Virus record (IMG/VR): IMGVR_UViG_2671180609_000027
Length of the DNA stretch: 8,582 nucleotides
Direction: 5' to 3' (one strand)
DNA from: a virus
Lineage: Duplodnaviria > Heunggongvirae > Uroviricota > Caudoviricetes
Below the pieces are notes generated by a model. It was given only the letters and a program-made list of their open reading frames with translations, ran no database searches and was not told the DNA's origin. Both the position numbers and the translations under genes were made by a program. Shown one piece after another: positions 1-6,126 of this stretch; the stretch's first letter is position 1; each line of letters starts with the position of its first letter.

Positions 1-390
1 TATCCAACCATCCGGAGTTACCGGATAGTTGGTTGACGTTTCCGAGATTTCCCGAAAATTATTGGTTGACGAACCCTTATTTTCCCGAAAGTTTCCAGCC
101 TGAAGCATGGCGGCGCGGTGACACCAGATAATCCAGCCAAGCGCCATATCCCATACCATGTAATCTCTATCGCCATTTTTTGCTCTGCGGCGATCTACAG
201 ATTCTCCGAAACGCTTCTCCATAAATAATTCATAGGCTGCTCGTTCATCCGATACTGCTGCCAGTGATGCCAGCGCAATCCGTGCCAGCTCTTCCGCTTC
301 TTCTGCTGGAAGCACAACGTTGCTACCCGGTCCGTATGTTTCGCGCCAATGCTGGATTGTCAGCAGTCGATCTTTGGTAATAGTGGTCAT
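1..390 (-). CDS. Partial CDS for a hypothetical phage protein; N-terminal 130 codons present, 3' end lies beyond the left window edge
   Basis: ATG at 390-388 sits 2 nt after the stop of the upstream gene, with SD-like AAGGTG 8 nt upstream. Frame stays open to position 1 (my own translation: MTTITKDRLLTIQHWRETYG...). Not in the ORF track because no stop lies within the window. Confidence 0.5.
   Translation of the reverse strand, partial: MTTITKDRLLTIQHWRETYGPGSNVVLPAEEAEELARIALASLAAVSDERAAYELFMEKRFGESVDRRRAKNGDRDYMVWDMALGWIIWCHRAAMLQAGNFRENKGSSTNNFREISETSTNYPVTPDGWI
4..95. repeat. 29-bp near-perfect palindrome (CCAACCATCCGG-agtta-CCGGATAGTTGG, 4-32) followed by two ~33-bp-spaced direct repeats (TTGGTTGACG at 29-38 and 62-71; TTTCCCGAAA at 48-57 and 81-90)
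   Basis: Read directly from the sequence; the repeats lie inside the partial CDS and show up in the protein as the internal repeat NFREISETSTN / FRENKGSSTN. Confidence 0.5.
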
Positions 391-392
391 AG

Positions 393-584
393 CTATTTCA
401 CCTTAATCTCAACATTTCGCAGCTTTAGCTCTACTGGCATGTCTGACTTTCCTGTTAATGCTAATGCGAGATTTTCTGGAGTAATGAGAGCAGTTATTGT
501 TTTCCCCATCGCCAGACGAATAATCATTCGTATTTCGCGATCGTCACATGCTCCTGGTCGAACAATTGATATTTGTCCGTTCAT
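393..584 (-). CDS. Hypothetical small phage protein (63 aa)
   Basis: ORF with ATG at 584, 1 nt after the stop of the upstream gene (586-588); SD AAGGAG about 7 nt upstream. Same strand and tight coupling with neighbours. Confidence 0.5.
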   Translation of the reverse strand: MNGQISIVRPGACDDREIRMIIRLAMGKTITALITPENLALALTGKSDMPVELKLRNVEIKVK

Positions 585-585
585 C

Positions 586-1023
586 TCACTCTCCTTTGAT
601 GCGAATGCCAGCGACGCGTAATGCGTGTTCTAGGTCAATCAGGTAAAGCCAACTGCCATTTTCTTTAGGTATCATGACATGTCGCTCATCTGCATTTATC
701 GGGTGTCCATATCGAAGGTCGTAGCGAGTCGGTAATTGAACTTCCCGCGCTTCCAGTTCAGCAATACGCTTGCTCCCATCAGAGATAACGCCTTCGTAAT
801 ACTCACGCTGCTCGTTGAGTTGTGATTTTGCTTCTTCCAGTCCATCCAGCAAATCAGCGATAATATCCGCTTCCCGATGACGGATGTGACGCTTAAACGC
901 AGCAAGAGCCGCATCACAATCCCGTTCAGCATTTGGGCTGTCCGGGGTAGCCTGATACCACGCCAGCGTCGATTGATAGTTTTGTGCTGCCTCACGCAGT
1001 GCCTGATAGTCAATCTTGCCCAC
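586..1023 (-). CDS. Hypothetical phage protein (145 aa), predicted coiled-coil rich
   Basis: ORF with GTG start at 1023 preceded by a strong SD AGGAGG (spacer 6); overlaps the stop of the upstream gene by 14 nt. No recognisable catalytic motif. Confidence 0.55.
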   Translation of the reverse strand: MGKIDYQALREAAQNYQSTLAWYQATPDSPNAERDCDAALAAFKRHIRHREADIIADLLDGLEEAKSQLNEQREYYEGVISDGSKRIAELEAREVQLPTRYDLRYGHPINADERHVMIPKENGSWLYLIDLEHALRVAGIRIKGE

Positions 1024-1327
1024 TGGCTGCCTCCTTTGCCGGGATTTCTAACTTTTGAGTGGTTGTATCAAATTCAAACAACTTAACCACGTCATCAAAC
1101 AGGACATAATCACCATCAGGATCTTCAGTCATATCAGCGCCACAATCCTGACCGCACGAGTCGCAACCTCCCATATCAAGCTCGTATCGCTTCAGGTTCG
1201 CGATATTTGATAAATTCAGCGCCAGTATAGCCAGATCATTAACCTCGTCTGCGATATACCCTGCACCATGTCCATACATTTCAATGCGGGATATGATTTC
1301 TTCTACACGTTGTTTTGTGATCGTCAT
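1010..1327 (-). CDS. Hypothetical phage protein (about 105 aa; alternative TTG start at 1351 gives 113 aa)
   Basis: ORF 1010-1351; ATG at 1327 with upstream GGAG/AAGAGA. Contains a Cys/Asp-rich segment (CDSCGQDCGAD). Start choice is uncertain. Confidence 0.45.
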   Translation of the reverse strand: MTITKQRVEEIISRIEMYGHGAGYIADEVNDLAILALNLSNIANLKRYELDMGGCDSCGQDCGADMTEDPDGDYVLFDDVVKLFEFDTTTQKLEIPAKEAASGQD

Positions 1328-1598
1328 TTTTCTCTTCACTCCGATATACAAGGATTACTACACCCCCTCTGCTGATTGCGCGAGCTGGATCCCCTGGTTC
1401 CATGCCGTCAATTCCGAAGGCTTCGAAAAATGCATCCATTGCCTTCTGGCGTTGCTCCTGCTTACGGCGTTTATTCCATTTTTTCATGAACAACAGTGAC
1501 AGCCATCGTCCGCTGCAGAACATAATGTAGAAATAACCAAGAAGTGCCAGGCCGGCGTTCAGGGCCATATCAATCGTTATCGCCGGGTCAATATTCAC
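1281..1598 (-). CDS. Putative small membrane protein (105 aa)
   Basis: GTG start at 1598 with a strong SD AGGAGG 5-6 nt upstream. N-terminal hydrophobic stretch (ALNAGLALLGYFYIMFCSGRWLSLLF) followed by a basic KKWNKRRKQEQRQK segment, consistent with one transmembrane helix. The 3' end overlaps the next gene by about 47 nt, so the true extent is uncertain. Confidence 0.45.
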   Translation of the reverse strand: MNIDPAITIDMALNAGLALLGYFYIMFCSGRWLSLLFMKKWNKRRKQEQRQKAMDAFFEAFGIDGMEPGDPARAISRGGVVILVYRSEEKNDDHKTTCRRNHIPH

Positions 1599-1890
1599 TG
1601 CCCACCTCCTGAAAAATCACCGCATGGCCCGGTTTCTCCTCCAGTGCCAGCTCAGCCCCTGCACCTGCCGACTGCTGCCAGCCTTTCAGCATGTAAACCG
1701 CATCCACGCAACGGAGCATTGCCATGCAAATATCCATGTAGTGTGGCTGAGTCAGCCCGTCCGGAAGTACTGCCGGGTTTAAAACGGTATGCCCTTCCCG
1801 TTTCAGCACCTCTTCCGTTTTGTGAAATGCCTCGCGGTTAAAATTTTCATATCCCGTCATCGGACCGGCGATATAAACCCTCACCCTCAC
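1588..1890 (-). CDS. DUF4406 / nucleoside 2-deoxyribosyltransferase-like protein (100 aa)
   Basis: N-terminal VYIAGPMTG motif and central GWQQSAGAGAELALEE segment resemble the Rossmann-like deoxyribosyltransferase/DUF4406 fold (recalled, not searched). GTG start at 1890 with SD AGGAGG; start overlaps the upstream stop in a GTGA arrangement. Confidence 0.6.
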   Translation of the reverse strand: MRVRVYIAGPMTGYENFNREAFHKTEEVLKREGHTVLNPAVLPDGLTQPHYMDICMAMLRCVDAVYMLKGWQQSAGAGAELALEEKPGHAVIFQEVGSEY

Positions 1891-2141
1891 TCCTGAACCC
1901 TCCTGTCGAAATAAACGTAGTTATTCACTGCGCCCAACTTCATCCCAAACTTTTCGGCAATTTCCCGTCGGGGTACACCACGCTGATGCAGTTGCCACGC
2001 CAGCTCAATATCACGCTGTGAACATTTGGCTGACTGGTGATAATCACCCCGTAACATCATGCTGATACCCAGTTCCCGCGCTTTCGTCCTGACGGCTGAC
2101 TCACTACGGCCAATCAGATAACCGATGCTTTCGACTCTCAT
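1887..2141 (-). CDS. Small helix-turn-helix DNA-binding protein (about 84 aa)
   Basis: ORF 1887-2291; the first ~50 codons from the GTG at 2291 are low-complexity and overlap the upstream gene, so ATG at 2141 is preferred. HTH-like segments GRSESAVRTKARELGIS and VPRREIAEKFGMKLGAVNNYV. Confidence 0.45.
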   Translation of the reverse strand: MRVESIGYLIGRSESAVRTKARELGISMMLRGDYHQSAKCSQRDIELAWQLHQRGVPRREIAEKFGMKLGAVNNYVYFDRRVQE

Positions 2142-2200
2142 CGTTCCCGCACACTGCCGGAGTATCAGGATTTCAGCCCAGCGCCACTTCTTCCAGCCAC

Positions 2201-2917
2201 TCACCGCTGCTGCTCTCTGGTGGCGGTAATATCCCGGAGAATATCCCTGTGTTTGTTCAGTTCCCGTAGCGCAGCACAGACTCGCTCCCACTTCTGAACA
2301 TTACTTTTCGCCCGGCGCAGCTCGCGGTTAGCCACATGCAGCGATGGTAGAATCAGGTCATCTGCTTTCGCTTCAGTGAACGATTGCTGCAACTTCACAA
2401 TGTCCTCCACCGCTTCTGTTTTAATTTCTTCCTGTGCAGCCGTTTCCTGGACTGGTAACGCAACACCAGCTGGCTGAGGAAGGGCTTTACCCTCCGTTTC
2501 AGCTACGGATGCTGCTTTCGGCTCTGCCGGTAAATCAACGCCCGGTATGCAGTAACGAAATTTACCATCCTGATTCACGCGAATCAGACACCCTTTGCTG
2601 ATTGCCATTGCCAGCGATGAATTCGCCCGGCGGGAGGTAATTCCGAACATCAATGCCAGTTCATCCGCCGTTTGTGGGCCATGTTGTTCAATCGCCTCTG
2701 TCAGCATTTGCGCCGTCACTTTCGGTACCGGTGACACCGGTTCACTTTCACCAGCCTGAGTCAGCCACCATATCGCCCCCTTGTTATCCGCTTCTCCACG
2801 GCGTTTCAGTTTCCACAGTTCGTTGACAGCCTCTTCACGACTAATTCCAAGGCGAGCTGCCACCACATGTGAAGAGGCTCTTTTCAGTGCTTTCAGTGCG
2901 TCAGATACGGTTTCCAT
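2201..2917 (-). CDS. Phage protein with two winged-helix/HTH-like segments (about 238 aa)
   Basis: ORF 2201-2935 (TTG); ATG at 2917 with SD GGAGG about 9 nt upstream. HTH-like [26 protein letters not shown] and [27 protein letters not shown], a Pro/Ala/Glu-rich linker and a basic C-terminus. Confidence 0.6.
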   Translation of the reverse strand: METVSDALKALKRASSHVVAARLGISREEAVNELWKLKRRGEADNKGAIWWLTQAGESEPVSPVPKVTAQMLTEAIEQHGPQTADELALMFGITSRRANSSLAMAISKGCLIRVNQDGKFRYCIPGVDLPAEPKAASVAETEGKALPQPAGVALPVQETAAQEEIKTEAVEDIVKLQQSFTEAKADDLILPSLHVANRELRRAKSNVQKWERVCAALRELNKHRDILRDITATREQQR

Positions 2918-2950
2918 TAAAATTTCCTCCGACAAAATCGTTTCTCAGAT

Positions 2951-3362
2951 TCAAACAAAACCAGCCGCCTTCCGGCGCTCGTATTCCTGTTTCAGTAATT
3001 CAATTGGCGTTGGCCCTTGCGGGCACTTCGGCGATGCGAGTTGTCTCCGGATCGGGGGAATACTCATCCCGTTACCAACTTGCTTTGCCCATTTCGTCAG
3101 TTGCCGTTCTGCAAGTCGTTTTAACTCACCTTCCGTCATCTGCCGCTCAATCCCTCTGTCACGCATCTCGAGGCAAATGTGGTACAGCACCGGCTGTGGC
3201 CACGGGTATTTATCACTCCCGTCGTACCGCCAGGATTCATTCCTCCAGCGACGGTACTCCTCCATCACGGCATCCACCGTCAGGCCAAATGGATTTGCCC
3301 CGCTCTCCGAAATCAACGCCACAAACTCAGCCAGGTCCGGAGGCCACGTTTCACCCGCCCGG
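2951..3362 (-). CDS. C-terminal coding fragment abutting the assembly gap (136 codons before the stop at 2951-2953); either the C-terminus of the YdaU-like replication protein or a separate gene whose start is lost in the gap
   Basis: Open frame from the gap edge to the stop; sequence is protein-like (PDLAEFVALISESGANPFGLTVDAVMEEYRRWRNESWRYDG...). Frame relation across the gap cannot be determined. Confidence 0.45.
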
Positions 3363-3460
3363 NNNNNNNNNNNNNNNNNNNNNNNNNNNNNNNNNNNNNN
3401 NNNNNNNNNNNNNNNNNNNNNNNNNNNNNNNNNNNNNNNNNNNNNNNNNNNNNNNNNNNN
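3363..3460. other. Assembly gap: run of 98 N
   Basis: Literal n characters in the sequence; true length and content unknown. Confidence 0.99.
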
Positions 3461-4142
3461 CAGGCTCAGGCAGAGCCATACCCCACAATGCAGCCCGCTG
3501 TCGAAAATCCAGCGACGGCCGCCAGACACCAGTCATCGGAAATTTCCCGATCGGTTCGCTCAGGCCATCCGGGTATTCAGGTTCTGCTGTCTGCAACGGC
3601 GCGCCATTCGACTCACTGGCTGGAGCACTCTCGCGCATGCGCGCGTTATGTGTGGGGTTTAATTCTTTATCTGTATCTGTATCTGTCGTGACTTGTCGTG
3701 ACATATGCGTGACGCGTCGTGACTCATCGTGACAATCAGTGTTCTGCTCCCGCAGTCTTTCCCGCTCCCGCTGCGCTCTCTTGCGCTCTGCCGGGGATTT
3801 TGCGGTTTGCGAAACATTACCGTTATCCTCCTTCATCACCTGGCGTTTTTCCCATCCGGAAATAAGATCGCCATCCAGAACTCGCCCCTGCATTGCATGC
3901 AAAATTGAATCAATCACGTCTTCCGTCACATCAAGCGCACTTGCTAAATCTTCCGTCGTGACATCAATGTGACCACGTAGTGACTCGCCGTGACATTTCG
4001 TGACATTTCGTGACGCACTCACCAGAAGGTGGATATACACCGCCATCACTGTTGCGATTGGCTGTCCTGAGACCCTGGCAATGGTTCGCCATTTGGGATC
4101 ATTTGGCATGTCATGCCACAATCTGAGCCAGGCATTAGCCAT
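3461..4142 (-). CDS. Phage replication initiation/replisome-organizer-like protein (DUF1376/YdaU-like), N-terminal portion truncated by the assembly gap
   Basis: N-terminus MANAWLRLWHDMPNDPKWRTIARVSGQPIATVMAVYIHLL matches the W-x-[RK]-[LW]-x-[HD]-x(3-5)-D-P-K ... I/V-Y-I-x-L-L pattern I recall for phage replisome-organizer/DUF1376 N-domains. Position right after ydaS-ydaT matches ydaU in Rac. ATG at 4142 with SD GAGGTG (alternative GTG at 4148). Iteron clusters lie inside it. Confidence 0.6.
3671..3734. repeat. Iteron cluster 1: CTGTAT x3 (3671-3686) followed by five CGTGAC copies starting at 3687, 3697, 3708, 3718 and 3728 (10-11 bp spacing)
   Basis: Counted directly in the sequence; helical-repeat phasing; lies inside the replication-protein gene, as lambda ori lies inside gene O. 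Confidence 0.6.
3951..4016. repeat. Iteron cluster 2: six phased copies of CGTGAC or one-mismatch variants (starts 3957, 3968, 3979, 3989, 3999, 4009; includes CGTGACATTT x2)
   Basis: Counted directly; 10-11 bp periodicity; same core as cluster 1, about 225 bp away within the same gene. Confidence 0.6.
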
Positions 4143-4210
4143 ACTCACCTCATCTGATACCGAACTTTACCCTCGAACATCCGGAAGAAATCCGGCATGA
4201 ATATTGTTGG

Positions 4211-4636
4211 TCAATGCACGACAACAGCATTACCAGGCTGACCCCCACTGTTAGTCAGGGTGCCCCAGGCGATCGCCGCTGCGACAAAATCATCCACATC
4301 TTTCACCAGCCGATCCCTCCGTTCGACGATCTCACGGTAATATTCAGAGCTGTGACTGCGCATACGGGCCACCAGCAGAGGCGGCATTGCCTTTTCGATC
4401 GCCGGTAACAGAGCCTGCATTTTTTCAACAGCATCAGGGGTGTCTTTATCCAGCCAACGGAAAATTTTCTGGGTATTACGAGCCAGGGCTTCCGGATGGC
4501 TGTCGTCGTACAGTTCCGGGAACGTCATCCCCAGTTCGAAATAAGTCCGGGCTATTTCAGCTGCAGGAACTTTCTCACCATCAGGATATGCCCAGGCATT
4601 CATCGCCATGCGGATGTGCTCATGTTTGATTTTCAT
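4211..4636 (-). CDS. ydaT: YdaT-like protein (cII-like regulator of Rac-type prophages; reported toxic when overexpressed), 141 aa
   Basis: Begins MKIKHEHI, which I recall as the YdaT N-terminus; located 13 nt downstream of ydaS as in Rac; ends ...VVVH; ATG at 4636. Confidence 0.7.
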   Translation of the reverse strand: MKIKHEHIRMAMNAWAYPDGEKVPAAEIARTYFELGMTFPELYDDSHPEALARNTQKIFRWLDKDTPDAVEKMQALLPAIEKAMPPLLVARMRSHSSEYYREIVERRDRLVKDVDDFVAAAIAWGTLTNSGGQPGNAVVVH

Positions 4637-4943
4637 GAATCATTTGCCTCTTGATGCTTCGGGTATGATCGTTTTCGTCATTTGGTTGCTTCATCGACAT
4701 ATTCTGCGAATAACATGACGAGCGTCGTAAGTATGTCCAATCAACATCAGGACGAAGTTCTTCACACAGGACACCACCTTTTGTTGCTCGTTCAATCGCA
4801 GGACATCTCTCAGCAGGCAACTGACGTACACCTTTGATCCATTGATTTACGCTTGGAGGAGATACACCTAAAAGCCTAGCCATTGCTGATTGCCCACCGA
4901 CAACAGCACAAGCTCGTTTGAATGAATAGTTATCTTTTTTCAT
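4620..4943 (-). CDS. ydaS: YdaS-like Cro-type HTH regulator, about 107 aa from the ATG at 4943
   Basis: Segment KRACAVVGGQSAMARLLGVSPPSVNQWIKGVRQLPAERCPAIERAT closely matches what I recall of E. coli Rac YdaS. ATG at 4943 with SD GGAG about 8 nt upstream; the track ORF extends 7 codons further, to 4964. Divergent from the repressor gene. Confidence 0.85.
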   Translation of the reverse strand: MKKDNYSFKRACAVVGGQSAMARLLGVSPPSVNQWIKGVRQLPAERCPAIERATKGGVLCEELRPDVDWTYLRRSSCYSQNMSMKQPNDENDHTRSIKRQMIHENQT

Positions 4944-4964
4944 CGAATGAACTCCAAAAAACAC

Positions 4965-5067
4965 ACAATAATATTAGGCTTAGCCTAATGCAATTGTCAA
5001 TAGGCTATGCCTAACGCTTCGAGAGTAGGTATTGCCTAATGCGATGCGCATAGGAGACTATTAAGCA
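4965..5067. promoter_or_regulatory. Divergent immunity-region control region: leftward promoter for ydaS (-35 TTGACA at 5000-4995, 18-bp spacer, -10 TAATAT at 4976-4971) overlapped by operator palindromes TAGGC-TTA-GCCTA (4975-4987) and TAGGC-TAT-GCCTA (5001-5013); a degenerate site CCTA-N12-TAGG containing palindrome ATGCGCAT lies at 5035-5054 next to the racR RBS AGGAGA (5052-5057)
   Basis: Hexamers and palindromes read directly from the sequence; operators overlap the -10 and abut the -35 of the ydaS promoter as expected for repressor control. The rightward racR promoter could not be placed confidently. Confidence 0.6.
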
Positions 5068-5544
5068 ATGCTTAGTGGTAAAGACTTAGGCCGAGCGATA
5101 GAGCAGGCCATTAACAAAAAAATTGCATCAGGAGCCGTCAAATCAAAGGCGGAAATCGCACGTCATTTCAAAGTCCAACCACCATCAATCCATGACTGGA
5201 TTAAGAAAGGTTCGATAAGTAAAGACAAACTTCCAGAACTATGGCGTTTCTTTTCTGATGTGGTTGGTCCAGAGCATTGGGGGCTTAACGAATACCCCAT
5301 ACCAACCCCATCCACTTCAGATACAAAAAGTGAACTTTTAGACATAAACAGCCTTTATCAAGCCGCCTCTGATGAAAAAAGAGCAATTGTGGCTTTCCTC
5401 TTATCTGGAAATGCTACGGAGCCTAGTTGGGTTGATCATGACGTTCGTGCCTACATTGCCGCAATGGAAATGAAGGTAGCTAACTATCTGAAAAATCAAG
5501 AATCAAAACGGAAAAGCCAGAACATCACCAAGACAGGAACTTAA
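5068..5544 (+). CDS. racR: RacR-like prophage repressor (CI functional analogue), 158 aa
   Basis: Length and position (divergent from ydaS) match Rac racR. HTH segment SKAEIARHFKVQPPSIHDWIKKGSIS resembles the YdaS HTH. RBS AGGAGA 10 nt upstream of ATG 5068. Confidence 0.75.
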   Translation: MLSGKDLGRAIEQAINKKIASGAVKSKAEIARHFKVQPPSIHDWIKKGSISKDKLPELWRFFSDVVGPEHWGLNEYPIPTPSTSDTKSELLDINSLYQAASDEKRAIVAFLLSGNATEPSWVDHDVRAYIAAMEMKVANYLKNQESKRKSQNITKTGT

Positions 5545-5558
5545 ACTTATATGGTCCG

Positions 5559-5580
5559 ACGGGAAATTCCTAGTTCCCGT
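5559..5580 (+). terminator. Candidate stem-loop terminator after racR (ACGGGAA-attcctag-TTCCCGT)
   Basis: 7-bp perfect stem, 8-nt loop, 15 nt after the racR stop; only a weak T tract follows (TAGTTAA), so intrinsic-terminator status is uncertain. Confidence 0.25.
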
Positions 5581-5639
5581 TAGTTAACTCCTACTACCTC
5601 TCCCACAAACCATCACCTATTAGGTCGCACCCAAATCAT

Positions 5640-5681
5640 TAGGCGTAGCCTATTGACAAGCAATTAGGCATTTCCTATAGT
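5640..5681 (+). promoter_or_regulatory. Second operator-promoter region: palindrome TAGGC-GTA-GCCTA (5640-5652) abutting -35 TTGACA (5653-5658), 17-bp spacer containing a degenerate TAGGC half-site (5665-5669), -10 TATAGT (5676-5681); rightward, toward ydaF-xis-int
   Basis: Near-consensus sigma70 hexamers with optimal spacing, read directly; same 13-bp operator consensus as at 4975-5013. Confidence 0.55.
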
Positions 5682-5859
5682 TTTCCCATACCAACCCATC
5701 CCGTCCCACACAATACAGGGCAATACCTAGAGTTACCCGGCAGTGGTCAGGGATTAAGTAGCCAGCCCGAGGCGTAAGAACATGACGGCAGGGTTCAACT
5801 TTAACTATGCAGCAGGTTTTTGTTCCGCTACCCCGGCGTTAAGGGGATATGAGGTCAGC

Positions 5860-6012
5860 ATGGATACTCTTGATCTTGGCAACAACGAATCTCTGGTGTG
5901 CGGCGTGTTTCCCAACCAGGACGGCACGTTCACCGCGATGACGTATACCAAAAGCAAAACGTTTAAAACCGAATCTGGCGCGCGTCGCTGGTTAGCAAGA
6001 AACTCTGACTAA
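5860..6012 (+). CDS. ydaF: YdaF-like small protein (DUF1391 family), 50 aa
   Basis: Sequence MDTLDLGNNESLVCGVFPNQDGTFTAMTYTKSKTFKTESGARRWLARNSD resembles the Rac/Qin small DUF1391 proteins as I recall them. SD GAGG 5 nt upstream of ATG 5860; an alternative start at 5782 would add 26 residues. Confidence 0.55.
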   Translation: MDTLDLGNNESLVCGVFPNQDGTFTAMTYTKSKTFKTESGARRWLARNSD

Positions 6013-6063
6013 TGAAATCTGGTAATTAAGGAATCCTCCACGGGGGGAGAGTGGTGCACACGC

Positions 6064-6087
6064 GCCGGACACAAGCAAGCATCCGGC
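6064..6087. terminator. Stem-loop between convergent genes (GCCGGA-12 nt-TCCGGC), possible bidirectional terminator
   Basis: 6-bp GC-rich inverted repeat between the ydaF stop (6012) and the stop of the minus-strand gene (6127); no clear U tract on either side. Confidence 0.2.
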
Positions 6088-6126
6088 ATGCTCTTTAACA
6101 ATCTGGATATCCATAACAGTAAAAAT

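Noticed and set aside
349-621. 90-aa plus-strand ORF
   Set aside because: Antisense to two well-supported minus-strand genes, low-complexity translation, no RBS; judged an overlap artefact.
696-1086. Minus-strand 105-aa ORF (696-1013) and plus-strand 69-aa ORF (877-1086)
   Set aside because: Alternative-frame or antisense overlaps of the 586-1023 gene; no RBS and non-protein-like composition.
1284-1841. Plus-strand ORFs 1284-1499 and 1644-1841
   Set aside because: Antisense to the coupled minus-strand operon; arginine/proline/leucine-rich translations typical of GC-rich antisense frames.
1887-2291. Full 134-aa extent of the minus-strand ORF
   Set aside because: The first ~50 codons from the GTG at 2291 overlap the upstream gene and are low-complexity; the shorter model starting at ATG 2141 is preferred.
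2781-3732. Long plus-strand ORFs (2781-3662, 2869-3732, 3179-3691) reading through the N run
   Set aside because: They translate N as X, run antisense to the replication-gene region, and are Ser/Arg/Pro-rich; artefacts of the gap and antisense frames.
3671-4016. Possibility that the phased short repeats are a CRISPR array
   Set aside because: Repeat unit is only 6 bp at 10-11 bp period with no spacers of CRISPR size, and it lies inside a coding sequence; it fits iterons, not CRISPR.
3739-4629. Plus-strand ORFs 3739-3972, 4000-4200, 4214-4408 and 4387-4629
   Set aside because: Antisense to the YdaU-like and ydaT genes; no start context; not protein-like.
5021-5067. A confident rightward racR promoter
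   Set aside because: A -35-like TTGTCA exists at 4994-4999 but no convincing -10 at proper spacing was found, so only the RBS is reported.
5163-5345. 60-aa minus-strand ORF inside racR
   Set aside because: Antisense to the well-supported repressor gene.
5782-5859. 26-codon N-terminal extension of ydaF
   Set aside because: The SD GAGG is better placed for ATG 5860 and recalled YdaF-family proteins are about 50 aa; kept as an alternative start, not called.
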